This document shows, piece after piece, positions 48,656 to 58,433 of a DNA stretch of 64,000 bases. Below the pieces are notes generated by a model. The model searched no databases. It was not told the origin of the DNA and saw only the letters and a list, made by a program, of their open reading frames with translations. Made by a program: the position numbers and the translations under genes. Position 1 is the stretch's first letter, and each line of letters starts with the position of its first letter. Origin of the DNA: Bacteroidaceae bacterium (GTDB lineage Bacteria; Bacteroidota; Bacteroidia; Bacteroidales; Bacteroidaceae); NCBI GenBank assembly GCA_017555875.1, contig JAFZFN010000029.1:15100-79099 (forward strand), given 5' to 3'.

Positions 48656-50014
48656 TCACCCCAGACACTCCTTGATGATTTCCGTCACCGTGGGGTGGGG
48701 TAGCACGATGCGCTCCAGCTCCTCGGCCGTCATGCCCTGCTCGATGGCGATGCATGCGCTGCCGATGATCTCGCTACACGGGTTGCCCAGCATGTGTACG
48801 CCCAGCACGCGGCCTGAGGCCTTGTCCACGACGATCTTGCAGAGCCCCTCGCCGCCCTCGTTCTCGGCCACGAAGCGTCCCGAGTAGGCCATGGGCAGCT
48901 TCAGGCAGGTGTGCTCGATGCCCTTCTTGGCGGCCTGCTCCTCGGTGAGTCCCACTCCAGCCACCTCGGGGTTGGTGTACACGATGCCCGGTATGGCGTC
49001 GTAGCTCATGACATCATCCTGTCCGCACAGGTTGTTGATGACCACCTCGGCCTCGCGGCTTGCCGTGTGGGCCAGCATCGAGAAGCCTGTCACGTCGCCT
49101 GCGGCATACACACCCTCCACGTTGGTGCGCATCTTCAGGTCCGTCTTGATGGCTCCGCGCTCCAGCTCCACGTCCAGCGTCTCCAGCCCGAAGCCCTGCG
49201 TCACCGCTCGGCGACCCACGCTGAGCAATATCTTGTCGGCCTCCAGCGTGTGCTCCGCGCCATCGCTGTCGGTGAAGGTCACCGCATGGCCCTCCACGCG
49301 GGTCACGCGGCACGAGAGGTGGAAGTGTACTCCCCTCTTTGCATACTGGCCGCGCAGCATGGCGCTCCCCTCGCCATCCATCGCGCCCAGTATCTCGGGC
49401 ATCATCTCCACTACGTGTACCTCACATCCTATACTATTATATAAGGAGGCAAACTCCATGCCTATCACGCCGCCACCGATGATGATGAGGCTCGTCGGGG
49501 CCTCCTTCAGCGCCAGCAGCTCGCGGTTGGTCACCACGACGTCGGGGTCGCTGGCCTCCAGCCCCGGTATGGGCGGCACGAAGGTCTCCGAGCCCGTGCA
49601 GACGAGCAGGTTCTTCGCCTCATAGGTCGCCTCGCCCGAGGCGATGCGTATGAGTCCCTCGGCCGAGCGCCCCTCGATGCGGGCCTCGCCCTTGACCACC
49701 TCCACGCCGGCCCCCTTCATGCGCAGGCCGATGCCCGCCACGAGCTTGCGTATCACCTTTGTCTTGCGGTCGGTCATCTTCTTATAGTCCAGCACCACCC
49801 CCTCGACGCTCACGCCATACTTCTCGCTCTTGCGGGCCTGGTCATACAGCTTGGCGCTATAGAGCAACGTCTTCGTGGGTATGCACCCCTCATTGAGGCA
49901 CACGCCACCGAGGTCCTTCTTCTCGAAGAGGATTGTCTTCAGGCCCTTCTTCCCGGCCTTCTCCGCTGCGACGTATCCGCCTGGGCCGCCGCCGATGATT
50001 GCAATGTCATACAT
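48656..50014 (-). CDS. lpdA: Dihydrolipoyl dehydrogenase
   Basis: FAD motif GGGPGGYVAAEKAG, redox-active CLNEGCIPTK, and an NAD-binding GGGVIG motif. Confidence 0.93.
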   Translation of the reverse strand: MYDIAIIGGGPGGYVAAEKAGKKGLKTILFEKKDLGGVCLNEGCIPTKTLLYSAKLYDQARKSEKYGVSVEGVVLDYKKMTDRKTKVIRKLVAGIGLRMKGAGVEVVKGEARIEGRSAEGLIRIASGEATYEAKNLLVCTGSETFVPPIPGLEASDPDVVVTNRELLALKEAPTSLIIIGGGVIGMEFASLYNSIGCEVHVVEMMPEILGAMDGEGSAMLRGQYAKRGVHFHLSCRVTRVEGHAVTFTDSDGAEHTLEADKILLSVGRRAVTQGFGLETLDVELERGAIKTDLKMRTNVEGVYAAGDVTGFSMLAHTASREAEVVINNLCGQDDVMSYDAIPGIVYTNPEVAGVGLTEEQAAKKGIEHTCLKLPMAYSGRFVAENEGGEGLCKIVVDKASGRVLGVHMLGNPCSEIIGSACIAIEQGMTAEELERIVLPHPTVTEIIKECLG

Positions 50015-50884
50015 GGTATATCTGTCTTTTTAGGTTCATTCCTACTTTACGCTACAAACTTATACAAAAAATGTGATTCCACCTTCCAGTTAGCCAAAAA
50101 AGTGATTACCCACAGATGGTATTTCCTCGCATCGCGTCAGCAAATTCGTGTGCGTAAACAAATTCATGGCTGATTCGCGGGTAATTCATGGACATTCATG
50201 TCCAAAAGAAAAAAGAAAGCGATTTTTTATGAATAAATATCCAGCGGCCCAATCCTATATACGTCAATGAAGCGTGCCTCCCATGTTGAATATACACTTC
50301 CTATTTGCCGAAGCCTATCGGCAACGCTGCCGAAGCGCATCAACCACGTTGCCGATAGGCAACAGCAGCGCTGCCGTTGCCCATCGGCAAATAACTTTGC
50401 AGGCAAAGCATACATCGCTTCGCTTGTATGTGCCTCCGGATGAGGGCTGCGAGCGTTAGCTATGCAGACTCTACGCTCTCTGCGCGGACACCGACTGACA
50501 GGTGAAATCGTACGCAGTGTCCGCCATTAGGCAGTAGATAGTCAGCGTGTTGACCCATGTTGGCGGACGGTGGCAGGTGGAAAAGCCGATGACACTATCG
50601 CGTAGCGAGGACTCGCGAGTAAACGTCGATTCCGTTACATAAAAAAATCACCCGAACCGTTGCGTAAGTGCCAAACAATTAGTACCTTTGCGCCCGAAAA
50701 TTGCTCTCCCCGCAAGGTGAGATGCATGTGCTGATGATGTAAATGTTTGTGTTATAATATGTTATAATGCGAACCAATGCTGTGAAAAGACGTAAAGATG
50801 TAGGCGGAAAAGGAATCAAAGAAGGAATCAAATAGGAATCAAATTTATTATTTTTTTATTACCAATTTTATTAATTAATCATTT

Positions 50885-53800
50885 ATGAGAAAAAAAAATA
50901 CAATGCTTTTTGCATCGCTCCTCGCGTGTGTGGGAGTGATGCAGGCGCAGCCTGAAGTCGGTAAGGAGTACCGAATCAAGGAGGCAAATCGAAAACTGTA
51001 CTTGACCATTCAAGGCTACAATGGACAAGGTTCTGAAGGTAGCCATGGCTCAGTACCCTTGCTTGAAAAGGCTCTTATCAATGCTGACCAAGTTTGGACT
51101 TTGGAAGCAACTGACATCGAGAATGTTTACAATTTGAAGTCTAAATCTGGCTACTATATTGTTCAGGGTGGTTGGAACGTTGATGCATATAACAATAATG
51201 CCAATCAGGCAGAAGTTCAGTTTGTATCAAATGGCGACACTTACAAGATTAAGAACATGAATAATGGAAATCAATGGTGGAAGTCTCAGAATGTAGGTGG
51301 AACATGGTATCCTTTCTGCGATGCTGGTGAAAGTGCTGCTGCCAGTTGGGTATTGGAAGAGGTTCCTGCAGATGAGTTTAAGGCAGATGTAACATTGACC
51401 ATTACCTATAAATTCAATGGGAACAACGTGTCTGAGTCGGCTGTAGAGAAGACTCCTGGCGCAGAATACACTATTCCTGCCTTCGACTACACCAAGATTG
51501 TATCTTGCAAAATTGGCGAGGAAGAGCAGACCGTTACCGATGGTGCTTGCATCATTACTGTGCCTGAGGCTGCTGCTACTGTTACTGTTGAGTTGGCAAC
51601 TAACTTCCCCTTCGAGGTTTCTACCGATTACGAGACTGCCACATGGTATGTTTTGCAAATTCGTTCAAATAATAAGAAGTATGTTGTAAGAAGCGAGTCT
51701 GCTCCTTACGCAAATACCACCACTACTCCCACTACCGAGGACGCTTTGTGGGCATTTGTAGGTAATCCCTTCGATGGCATTCAGGTGCTCAACAAGGCTG
51801 CTGGTACAGGCAAGACTCTTGGTCTTGATGGTAACAATGGAGTAATGCTTGAGGGTGCTACCACTTGGAACATCACCAAGGGTAACGGTGGCTTCCTCCT
51901 CCGTGTTGGTAATGAGGGTAACAAGTATTTCCACGACTATGGAAGCAAGCTGCAGATTTGGGACGATGGAAGTGCTGCTGGAGACCCGGGTTCTGCTTTC
52001 GTAGTAACCTCTGAGGCCGAGATGATTTCGTTGGCGACTACTGCTATGGGGCTCGCTTCTAAGCTCGATACCTATGCTGAGGCAAGCTACTACACCTATC
52101 CTAATGCTGCAGTTGCAGAGGCTAAGGCTACTTTGCAGGGTGTGGCTACTCCTACTGATTTCTTGACCGCTTTGAATGCTAAGGCAACTGTTGAGTCTGT
52201 TCAGGCTGCTTTGAATACCGCAGGCAAATCTGGCGCTCCTGCTGCTGGTGATTTCATTATGCTCAAGAATAAGGCAAGACAAAAGTTCATGACAGATAAT
52301 GGAGAACAGGCGAAAGTCGTAACTAACACAAAGGGTCTCAATGCTCTTTGGGAGGTTGTGGCTGGCGAGAATGGCGTTAAATTGAAAAACTGCGAAACAG
52401 GCAGATTCCTAGGTAATATTACGCAGTCAACTCCAACAATGACAATTGCTGCAGGTGAAGAAGGTGCAGCAGAGTTTGTGTGGGAGAACAAGAGCGAAGT
52501 TTATGCAGTATTCAAACCTGTAGGTGGTGGTAACGATCAATATGGACATGAAAGTTGGGAAAATGTTGTTGGTTGGTATACTGATGCAGAAGCTACCCTG
52601 TGGGTTGCGTCTAATGTCCGTCCCTTGTCTGTAGTCTTTAAGTTTAATGGCGAGACATTGGAGTCTAAGACCATCAATGGATACGCTGAGCAGGGTGAAA
52701 AGTACACCGTTGTATCTCCTTATGACTTTACTGTAGTAGGTTCTTGCACCGTGAACGGTGAGGCTTTGGAGGCTGTTGAGGGTGTATATTCATTCGTTGT
52801 TGACGGTGCTGCTGAGGTGGTTGTTGAGATTGAGGAGAACCTTCCCTTCAAGACTGCTACCATCACAGACGGACAGTTCGCTGCAAATACAGAGTGGTAT
52901 GTGATTAAGCATAGAGAAGGTAATAATATTTGGCTCTACGATGCTGCCGATGCAACTGCAAACGTGTCTGTAAAGTCTCAGGCTTTTGACATCTACAATG
53001 CCGATCACTTGTGGTGCTTCACTGGTAATGTGGTTGATGGTTTCAAAATCCACAACAAGGCTGTTGCCGCTTCGTTCTCTTTGAGCAATGCAGAGCCTGC
53101 AGTGTTGGTAGATGGCAACGAGACAACATGGGATATCGAGGTTGCTACAGAGGCATTTGGTGCAAATGACAATCGTTTGGCTTTCAAGTATAGAGAGAAA
53201 GTGAATAGCTATGAAGTCAACTATGCAAACTTGCAGGGTGGCAAGTTGAAAGGCTGGTGGGATAGAGACCTTGGCTCTGTTTCATGCTTGATTTCTGTAT
53301 CTGCTGAGATTGAGAAGGCTGTTGCTGCATGGAGTGAGTGGTTTAATGTAGAGGGTATCGTTGGTAGCATAAAGGATACCGATGAGTTGCAGACTCTGAT
53401 TGAGGCATATCTCGCCGCTCCCTCTCAGGCTACAGAGGACGCAGTAGAGGAGTATATCGCAAATGCAGAGAAGGTTGCTCTCACTGCTGGTTACTATTTT
53501 ATCAAGGCTACAGGTGTTGGTAACAACGCTAGCTGGTATGCTTCATATGGTAATAATAATAGCGATTTCATGGCTGTAGCAACAGAAACCCCCGGTGCTA
53601 AGCACATGTGGAGCTTCGAGGCAGTCGAAGGTGAGGATGGCTACAAGCTTCAGGCTTGCAACTTGGGCAAGTATGCTCAGCTGGCCAATGCTAGCACAAA
53701 TGGCGGTAAGGCTTCTTCAATAGCTGCTGATTATGAAAATGGTTATAAGTTTGTCTTCGAGGACAAGGGAGTGGCTAAGTTTACCGTTAAGGATGGTAAT

Positions 53801-54469
53801 GGCAACGTGATGAGAACAGAAGGTAGCGGTGCTATCAACTACTGGGCTGGTGAGACCAACGAGACTTGGTACCTCATCCCCGTGACCGAACTCGAAATCT
53901 CTATCAACGACTTTGCTTCTATCTGCTTGCCTTTCGACGTAGAGGTTGAGGGTGCTCAGGCATACGCAGTGACTAGCACAACCGCTACTGCTGCTATCTT
54001 GACTGAAAAGGCTGACATCCCCGCAGGTCAGGGTGCTATCCTCGCAGGTGATGGTGTAGCTACATTGAAGTTCACAACTGCTGAGTCTGACTGGACTGCA
54101 AACATGCTCAAGGGTTCTTTTGTAAATACCTACGTTGCAGGCTCTGCTTATGTATTGGCAACCAACGGTGGTGAGACAGTAGGTCTCTACAAGGCTAAAT
54201 TGAACAGAACAGAGGCTGGCGAAAAGGTTGAAGAGGGCGGTACACACTTCCTCAACAACGCTAACAAAGCTTACCTCCCCGCTCCTGTAGCTGAGGGTGC
54301 TGCTCCTGCTATGTTCGTACTCAGCCGCGGTGGTGAGGATGAGGATGCTACTGGCATCGACCAGCTCATCAATAACGGTGAGGTAGTAATCTACGACCTC
54401 GCAGGCCGTCGCGTAGAGAAGATGGAGAAGGGTGTCTACATCGTTAACGGCAAGAAGGTGGTTAAATAA
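50885..54469 (+). CDS. Large T9SS-secreted surface protein with internal domain repeats and a C-terminal sorting domain
   Basis: Signal peptide. Repeated modules of about 100 aa (FKFNG...E.GEKYT...F...V.SC). The C-terminus VVIYDLAGRRVEKMEKGVYIVNGKKVVK is T9SS-CTD-like. Confidence 0.75.
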   Translation: MRKKNTMLFASLLACVGVMQAQPEVGKEYRIKEANRKLYLTIQGYNGQGSEGSHGSVPLLEKALINADQVWTLEATDIENVYNLKSKSGYYIVQGGWNVDAYNNNANQAEVQFVSNGDTYKIKNMNNGNQWWKSQNVGGTWYPFCDAGESAAASWVLEEVPADEFKADVTLTITYKFNGNNVSESAVEKTPGAEYTIPAFDYTKIVSCKIGEEEQTVTDGACIITVPEAAATVTVELATNFPFEVSTDYETATWYVLQIRSNNKKYVVRSESAPYANTTTTPTTEDALWAFVGNPFDGIQVLNKAAGTGKTLGLDGNNGVMLEGATTWNITKGNGGFLLRVGNEGNKYFHDYGSKLQIWDDGSAAGDPGSAFVVTSEAEMISLATTAMGLASKLDTYAEASYYTYPNAAVAEAKATLQGVATPTDFLTALNAKATVESVQAALNTAGKSGAPAAGDFIMLKNKARQKFMTDNGEQAKVVTNTKGLNALWEVVAGENGVKLKNCETGRFLGNITQSTPTMTIAAGEEGAAEFVWENKSEVYAVFKPVGGGNDQYGHESWENVVGWYTDAEATLWVASNVRPLSVVFKFNGETLESKTINGYAEQGEKYTVVSPYDFTVVGSCTVNGEALEAVEGVYSFVVDGAAEVVVEIEENLPFKTATITDGQFAANTEWYVIKHREGNNIWLYDAADATANVSVKSQAFDIYNADHLWCFTGNVVDGFKIHNKAVAASFSLSNAEPAVLVDGNETTWDIEVATEAFGANDNRLAFKYREKVNSYEVNYANLQGGKLKGWWDRDLGSVSCLISVSAEIEKAVAAWSEWFNVEGIVGSIKDTDELQTLIEAYLAAPSQATEDAVEEYIANAEKVALTAGYYFIKATGVGNNASWYASYGNNNSDFMAVATETPGAKHMWSFEAVEGEDGYKLQACNLGKYAQLANASTNGGKASSIAADYENGYKFVFEDKGVAKFTVKDGNGNVMRTEGSGAINYWAGETNETWYLIPVTELEISINDFASICLPFDVEVEGAQAYAVTSTTATAAILTEKADIPAGQGAILAGDGVATLKFTTAESDWTANMLKGSFVNTYVAGSAYVLATNGGETVGLYKAKLNRTEAGEKVEEGGTHFLNNANKAYLPAPVAEGAAPAMFVLSRGGEDEDATGIDQLINNGEVVIYDLAGRRVEKMEKGVYIVNGKKVVK

Positions 54470-54513
54470 TTCTGAATTTTGAATTCTGAATTCTAAAGCA
54501 CAGCAAAAATATT

Positions 54514-54578
54514 AGAGTTAAGGGCTGCATAGCCCACCCTGCTGGGTTCCAGCATCCCTTAACTCCTCTAATATCCCC
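54514..54578 (+). terminator. Terminator-like long hairpin after the T9SS protein gene
   Basis: ttagagttaaggg...cccttaactcctctaa inverted repeat. Confidence 0.55.
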
Positions 54579-54606
54579 TAATAACCTTTAATAAAAAGAA
54601 CAACTT

Positions 54607-54771
54607 ATGAAGAAAACATATATGACTCCCGAGATGGAGGTAATGAACATCGAGACCGTAGAGATGATGGCTGGAAGTCCTAATCTTGAATTTAATAACG
54701 GCGAGGTTGACACAGAGGGTGACCAGCATGCTGGAGATCGCCGCGGCACATGGGGCAACCTCTGGAACTAA
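54607..54771 (+). CDS. Small 54-aa ORF, not in the ORF track (below 60 aa). Hypothetical peptide.
   Basis: ATG at 54607 gives MKKTYMTPEMEVMNIETVEMMAGSPNLEFNNGEVDTEGDQHAGDRRGTWGNLWN. It follows a hairpin. Confidence 0.3.
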   Translation: MKKTYMTPEMEVMNIETVEMMAGSPNLEFNNGEVDTEGDQHAGDRRGTWGNLWN

Positions 54772-54949
54772 TCTGACACGTAACCCCATAGGGTAGCCTC
54801 ACCGAGGCAATGCCCATACATACAGTAGCGAGGATGCATAAGCGTCCTCGCTACTCGTTTCATGGCACGCAAGCCGCAAATCCGTGTAATCTGTGTAATC
54901 TGTGGTTAAAAATAAAAAATTCGTGACGAATGCCTCTGGATATATATTC

Positions 54950-55090
54950 ATGAAAATTTGTTTTTTTCGCTCAACTTGCACTAATTTTAATCTGCTTCGC
55001 AGCTTGAAGATAGGCGGCACCTCGGAAAAAATCAAATAAATTTGTTTTTTCGCTCGGTTTGCACTATCTTTGCAGCCGCTAAAAGTGTAA
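54950..55090 (+). promoter_or_regulatory. Ribosomal-protein promoter cassette upstream of rpsU: -33 TTTG at 55041, -7 TATCTTTG at 55065, plus a degenerate upstream copy
   Basis: Bacteroidota consensus TTTG-N19-21-TAnnTTTG. The region is about 90 percent identical to the reverse complement of 23650-23790. Confidence 0.65.
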
Positions 55091-55202
55091 AGGAGGTAAA
55101 ATCAACAGAAATATACCGAAAAGTATAACCCCAGAAACCACGTGCCGTGAGCACGTAAACAACGTAGAATAAGAGTAATAACTATATAACTAATTAAACA
55201 AA

Positions 55203-55394
55203 ATGATCGTAGTACCCGTAAAAGAGGGCGAGAACATAGAAAGAGCCCTCAAGAAATTTAAGAGAAAATTTGAGAAGACTGGCGTAGTGAAGGAGCTCCG
55301 TCGTCGTCAGCAGTTCAACAAGCCCTCTGAAGTGAAGCGCCTCAAGATGGAGCGTGCCGTATACGTTCAGAGCCTTCGTCAGAACGAGGAGTAA
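55203..55394 (+). CDS. rpsU: 30S ribosomal protein S21
   Basis: 63 aa, MIVVPVKEGENIERALKKFKRKFEKTGV. Confidence 0.92.
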   Translation: MIVVPVKEGENIERALKKFKRKFEKTGVVKELRRRQQFNKPSEVKRLKMERAVYVQSLRQNEE

Positions 55395-55448
55395 TCCAAT
55401 AGGATCTCCACAGGATAAAGGGCAGAGGACTAGCGCCTCTGCCTGCAT

Positions 55449-55521
55449 CGGAAAGTAGCGCAGTTGGTAGCGCACTACGTTCGGGACGTAGGGGTCGGGC
55501 GTTCGAGTCGCCTCTTTCCGA
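55449..55521 (+). tRNA. tRNA-Pro (anticodon CGG)
   Basis: Manual cloverleaf: C1:G72 acceptor CGGAAAG/CTTTCCG, D-arm GCGC-AGTTGGTA-GCGC, anticodon loop TTCGGGA, T-loop TTCGAGT. Confidence 0.8.
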
Positions 55522-55618
55522 CAAAATGAGTGATAACTAACAGATCTATACTGGGTTGTCACTCATTTTTGTTTGGGCGATAGACAGATAATAGACACTT
55601 TTTAGCCTCCGTTTATGG

Positions 55619-55702
55619 ATCCCCCTCCCGGCCATTGCACTGTCCTGCACTCTCCCCTCTTCAAGGGGGAGTCCCCGTAGGGGGAGGGGGTCTACAGATT
55701 TG
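55619..55702. repeat. GC-rich nested palindromic element (arms ccccctccc/gggaggggg, inner ctcccctc-ttcaa-gggggag)
   Basis: Lies downstream of tRNA-Pro. Its architecture is analogous to the 87-bp in-frame element but the sequence is different. Confidence 0.6.
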
Positions 55703-55724
55703 ACTGCCGCTATATTATCTTCAT

Positions 55725-55775
55725 AAAAAGCAAATAAATTTGGCATTTCGCTCGGCTTGCACTACTTTTGTAGCT
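55725..55775 (+). promoter_or_regulatory. Third copy of the promoter cassette (aaataaatttgg-catttcgctcggcttgcac-TACTTTTG), upstream of mraY
   Basis: -33 TTTG at 55739 and -7 TACTTTTG at 55763, the same 20-bp spacer as at rpsU. Confidence 0.55.
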
Positions 55776-55819
55776 TATTTGGAATATTAGGAATAACAAA
55801 CTCATAAGATCACGTTGAT

Positions 55820-57100
55820 ATGCTATACTACCTGTTTGATTATCTGAACCAACTGAATATGCCCGGAGCGGGAATGTTTACCTACATCTCGTTTCGCTCG
55901 TTGCTGGCCGTGCTCATCGCTCTGCTCGTGTCGACCGTGTTTGGTAAGTACTTTATCAATATGCTTAGGGCACAGCAGATCACCGAGACGCAGCGCGACG
56001 CGAGCATCGATCCCTTCGGCGTGCAGAAGATAGGCACTCCCACGATGGGCGGTGTCATCATCCTGGCGGCGATACTCATCCCCTGTCTGCTGCTCGGACG
56101 GCTCGACAACGTGTACATGATACTCATGCTCATCACCACGGTGTGGCTCGGGGCCCTGGGCTTTGCCGATGACTACATCAAGGTGTTTAAGCGCGACAAG
56201 GAGGGGCTGCATGGTAAGTTTAAGATCATCGGTCAGGTGGGTCTCGGCATCATCGTGGGTCTCACGCTCTACCTGAGCGACCAGGCGGTCATCCGTGAGA
56301 ATGTGGAGATGAAGCAGGGCGAGGGACACACGACTGAAGTGGTGCACAAGAGCGAGGCTATCAAGTCCACCAAGACCACCATCCCCTTCGTCAAGAACAA
56401 CAACCTCGACTATGCCAATGCCTTCAACTGGCTAGGCGAGTATAAGCAGCTGGGTGGATGGGTGTTGTTTGTCTTCATGACCATCTTCGTGGTGACGGCC
56501 GTGTCAAACGGTGCCAACCTCAACGATGGCATGGATGGCATGACGGCGGGCAACTCGGCCATCATCGGTGTCGTGCTCGGGGTGCTGGCCTATGTGTCGA
56601 GTCATATCTCCATGGCAGGATACCTTAATATAATGTATATCCCCGGCTCCGAGGAGCTGGTGGTCTACCTCTGTGCTTTCGTGGGTGCGCTCATCGGTTT
56701 CCTCTGGTACAACGCCTTCCCCGCCCAGGTCTTCATGGGCGACACGGGTAGCCTCACCATCGGTGGCATCATAGCAGTGAGCGCCATCATCATCCGCAAG
56801 GAGCTGCTCATCCCCATCCTTTGTGGCGTGTTCTTCGTGGAGAGCCTCTCGGTCATCATCCAGCGATTCTACTACAAGTGGGGCAAGAGGAAGGGAGTGA
56901 AGCAACGCTTCTTCAAGCGCACCCCCATCCACGACCATTTCCGTACGTCGGTGGCGCAGGTGCAGAAGATGGACCCCGGCTGCACGGTCAAGGTGGCTCG
57001 CCCCGATGCGTTGCTCCATGAGGCAAAGATCACGGTGCGCTTCTGGATCGTGACTATCATCTTGGCAGCTGTAACGATAATAACATTGAAGATTAGATAA
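55820..57100 (+). CDS. mraY: Phospho-N-acetylmuramoyl-pentapeptide-transferase
   Basis: Ten-TM MraY family; the Asp-Asp-Phe motif region and a C-terminal HH motif are recognisable. Confidence 0.9.
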   Translation: MLYYLFDYLNQLNMPGAGMFTYISFRSLLAVLIALLVSTVFGKYFINMLRAQQITETQRDASIDPFGVQKIGTPTMGGVIILAAILIPCLLLGRLDNVYMILMLITTVWLGALGFADDYIKVFKRDKEGLHGKFKIIGQVGLGIIVGLTLYLSDQAVIRENVEMKQGEGHTTEVVHKSEAIKSTKTTIPFVKNNNLDYANAFNWLGEYKQLGGWVLFVFMTIFVVTAVSNGANLNDGMDGMTAGNSAIIGVVLGVLAYVSSHISMAGYLNIMYIPGSEELVVYLCAFVGALIGFLWYNAFPAQVFMGDTGSLTIGGIIAVSAIIIRKELLIPILCGVFFVESLSVIIQRFYYKWGKRKGVKQRFFKRTPIHDHFRTSVAQVQKMDPGCTVKVARPDALLHEAKITVRFWIVTIILAAVTIITLKIR

Positions 57101-57101
57101 C

Positions 57102-58433
57102 ATGAAGCGAATCGTAATATTAGGTGGAGGCGAGAGCGGTGTGGGTGCCGCTATCTTGGCACAGAAGGAGGGCTTCGACGTGTTCCTCTCCGACATGGCG
57201 AAGATCAAGGACCATTACCGACAGATGCTCGAGGAGCATCACATCGCATGGGAGGACGGGCAGCACACCGAGGCACTCATCCTCAATGCCGACGAGGTGA
57301 TCAAGAGCCCGGGCATACCAGCCGAGGCGCCCATGATGCGTAAGATTGCGGAGAAGGGAATCCCTGTAATCTCGGAGATTGAGTTTGCCGGACGCTACAC
57401 CGATGCCAAGATGGTGTGTATCACGGGTAGTAATGGTAAGACCACCACGACCTCGCTCATCTACCATATCTTCAAGAGCGCAGGTCTCAACGTAGGACTC
57501 GCGGGCAACATCGGTCAGAGCTTGGCCTATCAGGTGGCTACGTGTGACTACGATTGGTATGTCATCGAGCTCAGTAGTTTCCAGCTCGACAACATGTATG
57601 AGTTTCGTGCGAACATTGCCATCTTGCTCAACATCACGCCCGACCACTTGGACCGCTACAACCACAACATGCAGGAGTATGTGGACGCCAAGTTCCGTAT
57701 CTTGCAGAACCAGACCGACGAGGATGCCTTCGTCTTCTGGAACGATGACCCCATCATCCAGCGCGAGCTGTCGAAGCATGGCATACACGCCAAGCTATAT
57801 CCCTTTGCCGAGGAGAAACGCGAGGGCGTGACGGCCTATACCGATGCCGACGAACTCTACTTTACCGCACCCTATGCCTTCAACATGGAGCAGGAGGAGC
57901 TGGCTCTCACGGGTAAGCACAACCTGTACAACTCGATGGCGGCGGGTATCTCGGCCTCGCTCTCGGGTATCGAGAAGGAGGTTATCCGCAAGGCGCTGGC
58001 TACCTTCAAGGGGGTGGAGCACCGTCTGGAGTATGTGGCTCGTGTGCGTGGGGTCGACTACATCAACGACTCGAAGGCTACGAACGTCAACAGCTGCTGG
58101 TATGCCCTGCAGAGCATGACGCAGAAGACCATCCTCATCCTTGGCGGCAAGGACAAGGGTAACGACTACACCGAGATTGCTGACCTCGTGCGCGAGAAGT
58201 GTGTGGGACTCATCTATATGGGCCTTCACAACGAGAAACTGCACGACTTCTTCGATCCCTTCGGGCTTCCCGTGGCCGACGTGCAGAGCATGCAGGATGC
58301 CGTGGATGCAGCCTACCGCATGGCACAGAAGGGCGAAACGGTGCTGCTCAGCCCCTGCTGCGCCAGCTTCGACCTCTTTAAGAGCTACGAGGACCGCGGT
58401 GAGCAGTTTAAGCAATGTGTGAGAAAACTATGA
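57102..58433 (+). CDS. murD: UDP-N-acetylmuramoylalanine--D-glutamate ligase
   Basis: Mur ligase with N-terminal Rossmann GGGESG, P-loop GSNGKTTTT, and a C-terminal domain. Confidence 0.9.
   Translation: MKRIVILGGGESGVGAAILAQKEGFDVFLSDMAKIKDHYRQMLEEHHIAWEDGQHTEALILNADEVIKSPGIPAEAPMMRKIAEKGIPVISEIEFAGRYTDAKMVCITGSNGKTTTTSLIYHIFKSAGLNVGLAGNIGQSLAYQVATCDYDWYVIELSSFQLDNMYEFRANIAILLNITPDHLDRYNHNMQEYVDAKFRILQNQTDEDAFVFWNDDPIIQRELSKHGIHAKLYPFAEEKREGVTAYTDADELYFTAPYAFNMEQEELALTGKHNLYNSMAAGISASLSGIEKEVIRKALATFKGVEHRLEYVARVRGVDYINDSKATNVNSCWYALQSMTQKTILILGGKDKGNDYTEIADLVREKCVGLIYMGLHNEKLHDFFDPFGLPVADVQSMQDAVDAAYRMAQKGETVLLSPCCASFDLFKSYEDRGEQFKQCVRKL

Noticed and set aside
50015-50884. A known structured RNA (RNase P RNA, tmRNA, SRP RNA, 6S RNA, cobalamin or TPP riboswitch) in the lpdA upstream region
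   Set aside because: I could not find the family-specific conserved blocks (e.g. GGAAAGTCCGG, GGTTCGA.TCCC tail, GGAAGGAAGCAGC, B12 box, CTGAGA). It is left as an uncharacterised structured region.
54799-55035. 78-aa minus-strand ORF upstream of rpsU
   Set aside because: It overlaps the duplicated promoter cassette of rpsU, and its sequence is low-complexity. Spurious.
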